Shown in pieces: positions 37,357 through 48,726 of a stretch of DNA of 64,000 bases. This stretch comes from Macrostomum lignano. Lineage: Eukaryota. A program made the position numbers and the translations under genes. The stretch's first letter is position 1. Every line of letters begins with the position of its first letter. The notes under the pieces were generated by a model that saw only the letters and a list, made by a program, of their open reading frames with translations, had not been told where the DNA came from and made no database searches. The stretch covers positions 451,243 through 515,242 of the forward strand of contig NIVC01000491.1 of NCBI GenBank assembly GCA_002269645.1, written 5' to 3'.

Positions 37357-37825
37357 TTAAAACAGCTCGTTAATTTGCTCCACGCTCAGCATGCCAGAGA
37401 AATTTCCAAACAGTTGAATTCGACCGTTCATAGGAGTGGTGAATGGCATAGACGAGGGTCGCGAGCCCAGATAGACACATCGAATATCATCTCCGTTAGT
37501 GCCGTAGGTGCTGGCACTGGTTGACATCAAGGCGTCTCTTCGAACGCCGTTGACAACAAAGTAGCCATCAGTTCCGTTAACAGCTACAGCCAATCGGACC
37601 ATGTTAGCCTCGGGCAGGTAGTAGATGATATTTGTATATTCTCTGTAAATTTGCCAGTTACCAGTTAGCGAGTTCAGAAACCACAGCTCGTTGCGGTCGG
37701 TGCGCTCGCTCATGCCGCCATTGTACACAGAGGAGTTACCGCAGTTCGCAAACAGCAGGATCTGCGACCGGTAGTGCAAGTTCAGCCGAGTGTAGCCGAT
37801 CACAAACGTCATGGGAGCTTGAGTT
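37357..37825 (-). CDS. Putative exon 3 of secreted PAN/LamG gene (LamG/concanavalin-like domain, ...MNGRIQLFGNFSGMLSVEQINELF*)
   Basis: Acceptor AATTCAG|A; beta-rich sequence with a LamG3-like ending. Confidence 0.55.
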
Positions 37826-37864
37826 CTGAATTGTGAATTTTGTAATATTAGGCATGGGCGCTTG

Positions 37865-38279
37865 CAGGGGGGTCGCAATGGATTTTATGGTGGGAGGGAC
37901 AAAGCCAAGAATTCCACATGTACATATACATTATTTTCAGAATCGGTGTTGTCAGCGCTCATTTTGGCGCCGCAGGCACTCATTTTGGCGCCGCAGGCAC
38001 TCATTTTGGCGTTGCAGGTACTCATTTTAGCGCCGCAGGCACTCATTTTAGCGCCGCAGGCACTCATTTTAGCGCCGCAGGCACTCATTTTAGCGCCGCA
38101 GGCACTTATTTTAGCGCCGCAGGCACTCATTTTGGCGCTGCAGGCACTCATTTTGGCGCTGCAGGCACTCATTTTATTGATTTTTATAACGGGTCCCAAG
38201 GTTGGGTTGGGGGGGGGGACAAAGCATTGGCATGTCCCCCCTAGCTTTTACTCCCCTCCCCTCGGTGGCGACGCCCCTG
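37865..38279 (+). mobile_element. hAT-type MITE, 415 bp (same family as 30957-31441), inside the PAN/LamG gene intron
   Basis: TIRs CAGGGGGGTCGCAA / TGGCGACGCCCCTG; 8-bp TSD GGCGCTTG/GGTGCTTG (one mismatch); internal 21-bp repeats. Confidence 0.85.
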
Positions 38280-38341
38280 GGTGCTTGAAGATTTTAGGTT
38301 AGGGTGCTAGTTATGACGCACAGAATTTTCATTCAACCTAC

Positions 38342-39041
38342 CAAATGCGACTGTTGAACTGGAATCCGCTGAGATCAATCCTTACAAAATCCGAATATCC
38401 TTGCGGCACCTGAAATCCATTTTCGAAAACTTCGATCTGATTTGGGTTGCTCCTCACAGCGGGCATGATGGTCTTGTTAATCAGATTGAGCCAGCTTGAG
38501 TTAAACGTATAGAAAGCTAAAGCCGAGCTCGCCCAGCTGCGCAGTTTGTGCTGAATGACGCAGCGCTTGTCGCTTAGCAACCTGCTGTTCAGGTACCGAC
38601 TAAGTCCGCCCTCGAAGCAGCCGGTCGAGTTGAAAATAAAAAACTCGCAGCTTGACCGGCCGAGGCAGGAGACGGCGCAGATGTCAAGCTGCAGCGGCTG
38701 CGCCCAGGAGGCGTTCCGGACAGGCGGCACATTGCTGATCATCAAGTCGGTGCAAAGACTCTCCTCAACAAAGTGTGCAGTCCATCGTGTTGACACTGCG
38801 ATGGGTCGGGCTGTTGAGGATACGCTGGAACCGAATAGCTCGGAGGCTTGAACTGGCACACAGAGCGTCGGCATTAAGCTTTCTTGAATTGTCAAGTTCA
38901 GCTTGACGAACTCAAATTCGTGAACGTGCTGTAGCGACTCAATGCAGTGCGTATTGCAGAGAAAGTTTTTTAAGGTCAGCTGTTCGACCGAATCCACAAC
39001 TAGAACATCACCGCTGAACAGTTTGCTCCGAGGACAGTGGG
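38342..39041 (-). CDS. Putative exon 2 of secreted PAN/LamG gene (second PAN-like Cys cluster, LAFYTFN motif)
   Basis: Acceptor TTTCAG|CC fits the phase-1 donor of exon 1; CAVSCLGRSSCEFFIF resembles PAN/apple C-x3-C-x5-C spacing. Confidence 0.6.
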
Positions 39042-39262
39042 CTGAAATTTGAAAAATACTTATCCATGGTGCAATGAAGCTACTATAGAGACTCAAGCAT
39101 CAAACGAGCTTAAGGATAATGGTCGGATCATGAGGCAAATACAGATACGGGATTGTAGATTCTTCCCTCTAAACGAATTACAATACAAAGCAGACGTCAA
39201 ACAAGTCAAATTTTCATACTGATGTCTCTTGATGTCTTCAGTAGCATAAATGTTATACTCAC

Positions 39263-39626
39263 TATCAATAATTTTATGCTTCTTATCGATTTTCAGTTTC
39301 GTATCGCAGTCTTCGGTAGAATTGTAAACAGCGGCGCTATCAGCCGACTCGGTGCTGACCAGTTTGCAGACTGGCGACGTCAGTTGAAGGCTGCTCGCAG
39401 CGCAGCTGCGGTAGAGGCTGCAGTGCTTGGCGCAGTCCAGTGGGCTCGTCATCAGTGTCACGCTCTGATCACCTGGTCCAGTAAAGCAGACGTTGAGCTG
39501 CTCAAATTGACTGCAGTTCGACAGAGGCAGAGACTGTGCTGTTGCGGGCAGTTGGTGGCAGCTTAGTAGAGCAAGCGTCAGATGGACAGCCATTGTGCGG
39601 ATGTCCATGTTGGCCATGTGATTCAT
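39263..39626 (-). CDS. Putative exon 1 of secreted PAN/apple-domain gene (start Met uncertain, 39626 or 39593)
   Basis: Signal-peptide-like MAVHLTLALLSC; CAKHCSLYRSCAASS...CKL PAN pattern; donor GATA|GTGAGT. Confidence 0.65.
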
Positions 39627-40170
39627 GCAATGCTATCTGAATGTTTGCCTACAGCAATAAGGTCCTCGATGGTATATTGAAATTCTGTCTTAATATCCCT
39701 ATTACAATGGGTATAAGTAAGACAGAATCTGCTGACCCAGCTGCCTGGCAACCAATAATTTTTTGGAGAAGCCTATAGCTGCAGCCTTCTATAACTCTGT
39801 GCTCCCTTTTCATCTGCCTAATCGTCGTTGGCACAGCTTTTGTTTTTAACTGATTGAATTAGTAAATACACTGCATGCATTGTTTAAACGATTAATTGTC
39901 TAGGTAAGCTTCGTTTTGCTTGTTACGGGTTGAATGAAGCACAAGCAAGTTCCATTTTAAATAAAAACTCGTTCAAGGTCCAACAAAGGCCCTACTTGAA
40001 TAAGCTGCTGAAAATATCGATCCATTATTCATTGGCAAAGCCAGACAACATACACACCAGGTTATATTCTTTAAGTTTGTTCAGCCAAAACAGGAAGTAA
40101 TATCTCCAAAAGAAAAAGCTTTTACAAACGGCTCTGAATAGCTGTTTCGGCAGGATGTTGGGTTACTGCA

Positions 40171-40428
40171 TGTTCTGTTCTGTTCTGTTCTGTTCTGTTC
40201 TGTTCTGTTCTGTTGTTGTGTTCTGTTCTGTTCTGTTCTGTTCTGTTCTGTTCTGTTCTGTTCTGTTCTGTTCTGTTCTGTTCTGTTCTGTTCTGTTCTG
40301 TTCTTTTCTGTTCTGTTCTGCTCTGTTCTGTTCTGTTCTGTTCTGTTTTGTTCTGTTCTGTTCTGTTGTTGTGTTGTGTTCTGTTCTGTTCTGTTCTGTT
40401 CTGTTCTGTTCTGTTCTGTTGTTGTGTT
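40171..40428. repeat. (GTTCT)n pentanucleotide microsatellite
   Basis: About 50 units read directly. Confidence 0.97.
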
Positions 40429-42550
40429 CTGAGAGGACCTTTTTGATGAGGACATGAGCTTATATAGTGTGAAGTTAGCCAGGTAACTTTATGCTTGTGT
40501 CTTCTGGCACTCCTGTGTCTTTTTTCCTGTTTTGGATTTTATCCCTCCGTGAATTCAAAGTATTTTACAGTTAAGAAATTGATCATATTTGAGACTGCCA
40601 GCTCAAAGGAAAAAGGGGTGCCATCGTCGCCAGTCGTCCCCGCCCCCCTTAAATCCGCCCCTGATCACACTACGCCATACTTTAAGCGTTGGCATGTGAA
40701 TCCACTAGTCTATTTCTAGTGGGTATTGTAACCGAAGATGTGAACTGTTACGTACATGCATACGAAAAAGTATGTTGCTATACACGCTAGAAATATCGCT
40801 GCATGCATGTACTAATAGCTACATTTACATAATTCTAATGAGATAGATTGATAAAACAATGACTACGCTACTTAAAGCATGATATGTCTCTATATTTATG
40901 TATAACCTTTATATATACCTATAAATCTACCTGTCATTATAAATATTGATTTAGTGTACTCAAAAAATGAAAAAACACACGTATTATACCTTTTAAATGT
41001 ACATGCTCTAGTATAGTTGCTCCAGAAAAGATCCAGATTAATTGCAACTAATTAATTAAGCCTGCATGATTACTGTACCAGAGACACAAATTAAAAATTA
41101 TGATTATCTGTACCAAAGCCAAACCAAATTAATAATTTCTCGAAGCTCCAGTATAGGTGATAACCCATGGAAATGCAACTACCTTTGCACTAGCTTTTGT
41201 AGCTACATTGTATATAAGCTATACGCTCGTATAGCTTCTACATGTAGTGTCAAATCAGAAGACAATTTCTGCAGTCTATGGAGCGGAATATATTCTGTGT
41301 GGAACTATTAAGGATACGATAAATTTTAACTTGATTAGCAGAGGAGTTATAATCCAAACCCTCTTTAGGACACCCATGATTCGTGATTTTTTACAACAAA
41401 CGCCGGTTTTATACCGGCTTTTTAGCTGTTAAAAACAAATTTAAAATATTGTATAGCAAGCAAAATGCATTTAGTCTGTTGAAATTCTAAAAAGGAAGTT
41501 AAATTTATAAAACATAACATTAACGGTTCTTATTACTTATCATATTAGGTATACAAGTTACAGTAATCATAGACGCGGAGACCAAATTTAAATGTCTACT
41601 TTAGTTAGAAATTTCCAAACCATACCGCAGCGAGGTACAGGTCGACTGATCGTGATGGATTCTTTTGGACTCGGAGATTTATGATGCTAAATTGTATAAA
41701 AATAAACGATTGTTGTTGTATACATTTTAAGATAAAAGACTTTACCAAATTTTCAATTTTTTTTCTATACCAGATTCGATTGATAATTTATAACTTTTTG
41801 TAGCTTTGCCTTTGTGCTGTCTGTAAGACTGTAGCTATTTTGTTCCTGAGCTCAAATTTTAATAGGCCAAACCCTGGTCAACATAGTGGCACTAGCCTAT
41901 AATTTTCTTTGAATTTGTTTAAATACTATTCAGCTACTATTGGTGAAAGTCTTGGCTTCATTTGAAAAGTTCATAAGCAAAATACCTAAAGCATACATCT
42001 TGTAGCCATGAAAATTGAAATGCACTTACAAAAAATGTACTTGCAGAATTTATAAACATTACACTATAAACCTAAATATAGTAATAAAATGTAATAATGC
42101 TATCTTATTTCTACTATTTATTGAAGTTTTTTATTGATATAATTAAATATACTTATACTGTAGATTTTGAAATTGTTTCAAGCCTTTTGCTTAGTGTTTA
42201 GTATTATATTAATATTAAAAATATTATAGTTGAATTTTAAGCAAGAATAAATAAAAGTTGCTGCCTCTATTGTATTGGATACTTGACATAATAAAGTTTA
42301 TAAAAATCAACAATATAGAGTAAATATTTTCTTCTAAAAATCAAACAACAGTTTTATTTAGTTAATTTAAAACTAATTTAATAAATTTAACAAACAGTTT
42401 ACAGAAATAAGCCTTGCGGCTTTCAATCCAGCTAAATTCATGTGTTTTTATAAATTTATTTTACAGGCAGTTCAGCTATGGTTGCTTAAAAGAAATTATC
42501 ATAATTAAGCAAGACAAACCTTGGCAGACTGACTTCAAATCTGAGGCGTC

Positions 42551-42727
42551 ATGTCCCGAAGCGAGCTGTCATCTGCCTCGACCAAAGGCGGCGCGGTTCT
42601 GTCGAGCTACAAAGACCAATCAGCGGCTCAGATGATGAAAGACAGTCTCACCGTGAGGCTGAGTCACGACGTTGGCAGAAGCGGTGCGATGACTTCCGCT
42701 AATACCGAAGTTGCGCTTGGATTTAAG
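42551..42727 (+). CDS. DNAH14: Dynein heavy chain putative exon 1 (start ATG uncertain: 42551, 42631 region or later)
   Basis: Donor TTTAAG|GTAATC, phase 0, in frame with the next exon; no conserved motif. Confidence 0.5.
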
Positions 42728-42784
42728 GTAATCCGCTACTGTCTTTGTTTCTCAAACCATGACTTTTTTGCTGCTTTAGTAGAG

Positions 42785-42925
42785 CTGTCATGCGGCTGTT
42801 CTGTCATGTGGCTGTTCTGTCATGCGGCTGTTCTGTCATGCGGCTGTTCTGTCATGTGGCTGTTCTGTCATTTGGCTGTTCTGTCATGTGGCTGTTCTGT
42901 CATGCGGCTGTTCTGTCATGTGGCT
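42785..42925. repeat. 16-bp minisatellite (TCATGCGGCTGTTCTG)n in dynein intron 1
   Basis: Read directly. Confidence 0.9.
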
Positions 42926-43043
42926 GTTCATTCAGCGGTTTTTCATGCACTCACTCTGCCGTGCCGTCGCTCTATCGCGCATCCCCAGCTCTTATGACTC
43001 AGTGCTGTAAAGTGCTATTTGTGCACTCAATTTCCTAACACAG

Positions 43044-43506
43044 ACCTTCAGCGCCAACGAGAACGTTCCAACCAGTTCTACAGCCGTCCGCACCGAGTTT
43101 TTCGCCCGGGACAATCATCAGCGCAGGCTGCGGCAACGCGAAGCCGCGACAGCTGTCAGGCCAGACGCTGCCTCGTCGGAGGCCGGCGCTGCGCCGCCAT
43201 TTGCTGGCATCGGCACCTACCTGCCCAAGACTATGCCGCCAAGGCTGCCACCGCTTGAGAAGCCCGAGTGGATGCTCGCGTCCATCTCCGCTGCTGTCGC
43301 CGCTGCCAGCGCTACCGCTGGCGAAGCTGACGCTCCAGAGTTAACGACGGTTGAACCGGAAGCGCCAAGAGTAGCTTTCGACGAACCGAAGCCAACATCA
43401 GCTTTACCAGTCGAACGTCGAACTGCCGATCTTCGGCCGGGGTCGTCAATTGGACCGCAGAAGAGTCGACGACTGATTTTAGAAGAAAAGAAATTCGACG
43501 ATACTG
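43044..43506 (+). CDS. DNAH14: Dynein heavy chain exon 2
   Basis: ACACAG|ACC ... ACTG|GTAGG; open frame, Ala/Pro-rich. Confidence 0.7.
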
Positions 43507-43724
43507 GTAGGCGATAGGAGGGTTTTTGTTTACGAATGAAGCAGCCACATTCCTTTGGGGCTTGTGTGCGTGCACGACAAATTCGCCCAGGTGGGGGGGA
43601 GGATTGTCGTCCGATTCACAGCCATGAGGGCCAACCCCCAAGTCACAGTCACAATCATTTACCCAAAATATTTATCAAATAAGACTTTTTTACTTTCATT
43701 CTCATTAAAAAAAACTTCAAACAG

Positions 43725-44188
43725 CCCCAGCCGATCGCGACGTCCTCAGCAACATCATCCGCCTTCGCCAGCGGCTCAACTGGCGTACGGAGGTGCCGCG
43801 GCCCAGCCCGCTGGCTCGCCGTCAGATGACTCGTGTGCTGCAGCGCGAAGCTCGAGTAGCCGGCATCGACGTCTCAGAGTTTCTACTCGCTCCTAGCAGC
43901 GGCACCGCGGACGCAAGCGTTCAAGGAGGCGTCGTCCAGGCTGAGCTGACGGACGCTGCTGGTGGTCTCAAAGCAGGCGGCGGCCTGCACGCGTTCGAGG
44001 AGACGATGGAGAGAGTTCAAGCCCGGGCTCTGTCGCGTCAGGATGACGGCGAGTTTGTCTACTGCCTGTTGGAGTCGCGCGGCCAGCGGTGCCCCCGGTA
44101 CACGCCCTACAATATCGAGGTCGTGTCAGCCTACGAGGCGAAACAGTCAGCAGTGTACTGGACAGTGTCCGCCTCTTTTGTAACTAGG
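43725..44188 (+). CDS. DNAH14: Dynein heavy chain exon 3 (DVLSNIIRLR...DDGEFVYCL...YTPYNIEVV...WTVSASFV)
   Basis: Conserved DNAH14-like N-terminal motifs; AAACAG| and |GTGAGT. Confidence 0.88.
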
Positions 44189-44344
44189 GTGAGTGGACAA
44201 TCCTTTAACTGAGTTACCTCATTGTGTGCAACTGCAGGTAGAGAAGTCAGGTTTTTCTCGGCTGAAAACGCCACTATGCGTTCTCTAGGGCATGCTAAAA
44301 TGCTTTAGTAATACGAAAAATCTATTTACTGGGAGTTGAAGTGT

Positions 44345-44637
44345 CAAATGAGCATCTAAACAACATCTGATTGGGAGTTTAAGCGTCAACTATGAGCATC
44401 TAGACAACATCAAGTTGGGAGTTTAAGCGTCAACTATGAGCATCTACACAACATCAAGTTGGGAGTTTAGGCGTCAACTATGAGCATCTAGAGAACATCT
44501 AATTGAGAGTTTATGCGCCAAATATGAGCATCTAGACAACATCAAGTTGGGAGTTTAAGCGTCAAATATGAGCATCTAGACAACATCTGATTGGGAGTTT
44601 AGGCGTCAACTATGAGCATCTAGAGAACATCTAATTG
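44345..44637. repeat. ~44-bp minisatellite (ATGAGCATCTAGACAACATCAAGTTGGGAGTTTAAGCGTCAACT)n; resumes at ~46142-46186 after the Penelope insertion
   Basis: Read directly on both sides of the insertion. Confidence 0.9.
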
Positions 44638-44681
44638 AGAGAAATGAAGGCCAACACCAACATATAAGAAATTTTTATAAT

Positions 44682-44720
44682 AGCCAACGCGTTTCGACAC
44701 AAGCGGTCATCTTCAGGGCT
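44682..44720 (-). ncRNA. Minimal type I hammerhead ribozyme motif, left arm copy
   Basis: Exact reverse complement of 46029-46067. Confidence 0.75.
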
Positions 44721-44919
44721 TGCACTCATGATTCACAGTTCAGTATACTTAAATAGAGAAAATCAAAAACTGTACATGGCAATAGACAAACGGGTTCAGT
44801 CCGGTCGATAGTTGTACATTAAGAGACGAAACTAAAACAAATTATTTGGCCATCACACAGAAAACGCAACCACAGAGCAAACAAAATTGGGGGCAGAGAG
44901 CCTCAAACCCACACCAAGC

Positions 44920-45624
44920 CTAGAAAACCTTGAGCTGTAAACTGGCTCCTCCACCTGCAAGCTGAGTATTCAAACTAGGTCTATGATGCTTAATGTGCAA
45001 GGCTTCCAGCACTCTGAGCTTGCCATCAAATCTACACCTATCCAAAACAGTCAAAAGCTCAGTCGGCTCATGCTCACAACAAGCATTGCAACTAAGCAAG
45101 TGATCATGCACAGCAGAGTTATTCATTCTATGCTCCCTAGCCCTAGTGTACAGGTGCCTTTTGGTTTTTCCTATGTAGGAAATGCTCTGGTCACCAGAAC
45201 AACAAAATTGATAGATGCCACCAGCAGACAGCGCTCTAGGGGCCTTCGACTTCAACCTGCTAACAAACTGGCCGATTTTGGCGGTCTGAAACACAACCAT
45301 GACCCGAGAGTTGAAATACTTCAAGAAGGTTCTTTTAAGCTTCTTTCCCAGACTCAGGGACGGGACTCCAAGGAATGGGAGTTTGATCAGCAAATCACTG
45401 GAATTCGACCTCTTGGCTTCGTCAGTCAAACTAGACTCAGTCATTTTCTTAGTCAGAAATCTGTTCAGCACTTTACTAACAAAACCCCTAGAGAAACCGT
45501 TACGTTGAAAAATGTCAGTGAGCTTGACGACTTCTTGGTGGAAAGATTGCCAAGTACTACAGATACTAAACGCTCTGTGCATCATGCACCCGACAAGACC
45601 AGCCTTCCATTGGCGCGGGCACAT
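44920..45624 (-). CDS. Penelope-like ORF fragment: RT thumb/linker plus GIY-YIG endonuclease
   Basis: GIY-YIG motifs as above; lacks the RT core. Confidence 0.85.
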   Translation of the reverse strand: MCPRQWKAGLVGCMMHRAFSICSTWQSFHQEVVKLTDIFQRNGFSRGFVSKVLNRFLTKKMTESSLTDEAKRSNSSDLLIKLPFLGVPSLSLGKKLKRTFLKYFNSRVMVVFQTAKIGQFVSRLKSKAPRALSAGGIYQFCCSGDQSISYIGKTKRHLYTRAREHRMNNSAVHDHLLSCNACCEHEPTELLTVLDRCRFDGKLRVLEALHIKHHRPSLNTQLAGGGASLQLKVF

Positions 45625-46028
45625 GAATAACTCTGCTGTGCATGATCACTTGCTTAGTTGCAATGCTTGTTGTGAGCATGAGCCGACTGAGCTTTTGACT
45701 GTTTTGGATAGGTGTAGATTTGATGGCAAGCTCAGAGTGCTGGAAGCCTTGCACATTAAGCATCATAGACCTAGTTTGAATACTCAGCTTGCAGGTGGAG
45801 GAGCCAGTTTACAGCTCAAGGTTTTCTAGGCTTGGTGTGGGTTTGAGGCTCTCTGCCCCCAATTTTGTTTGCTCTGTGGTTGCGTTTTCTGTGTGATGGC
45901 CAAATAATTTGTTTTAGTTTCGTCTCTTAATGTACAACTATCGACCGGACTGAACCCGTTTGTCTATTGCCATGTACAGTTTTTGATTTTCTCTATTTAA
46001 GTATACTGAACTGTGAATCATGAGTGCA

Positions 46029-46067
46029 AGCCCTGAAGATGACCGCTTGTGTCGAAACGCGTTGGCT
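46029..46067 (+). ncRNA. Minimal type I hammerhead ribozyme motif in the Penelope 3' UTR
   Basis: Stem I AGCC/GGCT; core CTGAAGA; one extra T; stem II GAC-7nt-GTC; GAAA; palindromic stem III ACGCGT; NUH triplet GTT. Confidence 0.75.
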
Positions 46068-46278
46068 ATAATAATAATTTCTTATATGTTGGTGTTGGCC
46101 TTCATTTCTCTATTATTTATTAAAAGAGCATCGCTACCAGATATCTAATTGAGAGTTTATGCGTCAACTATGAGCATCTAGACAACACCTACTACTATAT
46201 GTTCAATCACGCAACACATACCCAGGTTAATCAAGCAACCATAGGTAACTCACACGACTTTGAAAAAATTTGTTTCAG

Positions 46279-46457
46279 TTCGAGAAGCTCGACAAAAATA
46301 ACCAAGAGGTCTCCAGCATGCCAACAGTGCTGTGGCTTTTCGAACGCAATCTGTGCCAAGCTATTGGCGAAATTCGAACTTTTCGTCAATTTCGTCTTTG
46401 GAAAGCGTTCAAAGTTTGGCACTGCAACGTTCTGGCCGCTAAGCAGCAGAGGAACTC
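46279..46457 (+). CDS. DNAH14: Dynein heavy chain exon 4 (FRQFRLWKAFKVWHCNV)
   Basis: Matches the F-R-x-W-K-A-F-x-x-W tail motif of the DNAH6/14 family; TTTCAG| and |GTGAGT. Confidence 0.88.
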
Positions 46458-47139
46458 GTGAGTAGCTCGCGCTTTGTTTTGTGGGTTACTGCAATTTAGA
46501 TATCCATCAAATATAATTGAGAAATCTCTAGTGACAAGTAGTACAAGCAGGTTTTGTATTGCATTTTTAACTAGTGTATGAAATTAAATTTGTCAAAACG
46601 TTTTGCAGACAGGGCTAAACAGAAAAAGTAATTGGTATCTTAGAAAAATACTCTGGTAGAGATATGAACTTTTACCTGCTTTTCAATAAAAGCTATCGAT
46701 ATTTCTAAGAGATGGAAGTTTAAACGCCTTAAATCAATTTTTCATGTAAACATATATGGCCAACAATACCTCAGAACCGATTTTCTTGAAATTTGCGCGA
46801 AATTCTACTTACAGTAGAAAGAATAGGAACGTTGATTTTGTACACTAATTGAGCTAATCAAAGAGCGCATCTGCATGAAAGTTAATCTCTTGGTTCTGAA
46901 ATTCGAATGCGCAACTCGCAGCCGACGAGTTCGCTCGGCAGTCTGGTGGCGAACCTCCGAGTTCTCGAACTCCATGCACGGCTATCGGCACTTCAAACGG
47001 ATCCATTCGGCCTTTCTGTGATTTAATTCTGACTCGGAGCTGATGTCACGGAATTCACTTTAACAATTTTTTAATAATAAAACTTTCAAGGTCGAAAAAT
47101 TCAAGATAGAAAAACTTACATTCTTAAGGATAGAAATGA

Positions 47140-47470
47140 TAGATCAATACGTTTAGAAGGAATAGATTTTTAGGGATAGAAGGGATAGATTATTAGGGAT
47201 AGAAGGGATAGATTATTAGAAATAGAACTTTTAGATTATTAAGTATAAAAAGGATGAATTATTTGGGATAGAAAATGTGGATTATTAGGGATAGAACGGA
47301 TGGATTATTAAGGATAGAACGGATGGATTATTAGGGATATAAAGGATGGTTTATTAGGGATAGAAATGGTAGAATATTAGGGATACAAAGGATAGATTAT
47401 TAGGGCAAAAAAGATAGACTATTAATTATAGAAAAGACCGATGATTAGGGATGGAAAAGATAGATTATAG
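47140..47470. repeat. Degenerate ~23-bp repeat (GGGATAGAAGGGATAGATTATTA)
   Basis: Read directly. Confidence 0.8.
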
Positions 47471-48726
47471 CAAATTCTATTGCGTTGGTTTTAGAATTAG
47501 AGAAAAAATATTAATTTCATTGTGCTCTATTTTTTTATAAATAAAACACTGCAGAATGTCCTGGTATTAAGGCCAGCTTTTTTTTCGATAAAATAGAATC
47601 TCAAAGACAACTTACGTTGAAGGCACTTGAATGAAAGTCACAGAATGAAGAGAACACGTAGTAAGGTTTCACCAGGTTAATAATTTTCCCTTGATCGCCT
47701 CTTATTTTGATATAATATTATATACGAGTACTTGAAATTTCCGCGTTTGAATGCGTAAAATTCACGCACCCTTCGCCCTCACAAAGAGTTTTGATCACTT
47801 TTAGCCTTGCCGCAAAGAATGCATTTTGCCCAATTTTCATTACTAGCCTAGTAGATACAAACAAAATATTAACTTTAGTAGACCGACATTTTTCGTCAAT
47901 CTCTATTTAACATAAACCAAAAAAATTTTCTGCAAGAAAAGAAGTTTTGTTTTATTGATTTGCGTTCAAATTAGATGTCGTCTAAAATGTTTTCTGCACA
48001 ACATATCGGCGATTGATTCGACCAAGGTTAATACCAGCTCCGTTTAATCTTCTGTCGTGTTTCTCGGAACGCTCCAACATTTCCGATTAGTTATAAATAA
48101 TTATTGTCAAAAGTCGATTAGTTTAGTGTCTAATTTTTTCTGGAACCGTCTAAGAGCCCGCTCTCCCAGTTGAAAGTGCATTGATGAAGAGGCCGATGGG
48201 GAATTGAAAAAAACTCGAGCTGTGTTTGTATAAGAAGAAAACTTCAACCTACATGGCGTTGCCAAAGTTTTTGAAGCCGCCAGTCTCCAGTTCTCTCACT
48301 TCGCCATATATCGGGGCCAGTTTATGTGGACAACTAATTTTCAAAGTGTGCAAGAAAAATGTTTTAAGAACGTGCTTTAGAGGAAGTTTTCCTTTCCTTT
48401 ATCCCTATGTCAGCCAACTTATTTGTCGGCTACAGTAAGAAGCGTCGCTTTAGGATGAGATTTAACAGAAGTTGAAACGTCAGAATCATAAAAAATACTA
48501 AAAAGAACGTTCGGTATTTTAGGACATGCAAGTTTACTCGTAAAATCTGCAGGTAAAAATAGTGTCCCAGCACGATTTGGGCATGGTCGCAATTAAAATA
48601 TAGATATACATTATGTTTTTAAGCTTGGCTTTTTTATCGCACGGTATAAGGGGAGAATTATTAATCATTTCTGTAAATTATCCAGCATTAATACCAGTCG
48701 AGTCTTTCATAACCATCGATCGCTAT

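Larger units (their letters stand above)
44638..46141. mobile_element. 5'-truncated Penelope-like retroelement with inverted duplication (arms 44638-45126 and 45623-46111, 489 bp each)
   Basis: Minus ORF 44920-45624 encodes the RT C-terminus (RAFSICS) and a GIY-YIG endonuclease (GIYQFCC...YIGKTKRHL...EH...EALHIK...PSLN); the arms are near-perfect reverse complements. Confidence 0.92.

Noticed and set aside
40081-40457. EQNRT / CSVLF repeat ORFs
   Set aside because: (GTTCT)n microsatellite.
40605-40665. MITE-like ends at ~40650 (TTAAATCCGCCCCTG), ~30345 and ~26805
   Set aside because: Only one terminus each and no TSD found; not enough to call.
44920-45829. Group I intron homing endonuclease or a host gene
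   Set aside because: GIY-YIG is preceded by a Penelope RT C-terminal segment and followed by a hammerhead-bearing UTR; no group I intron core seen.
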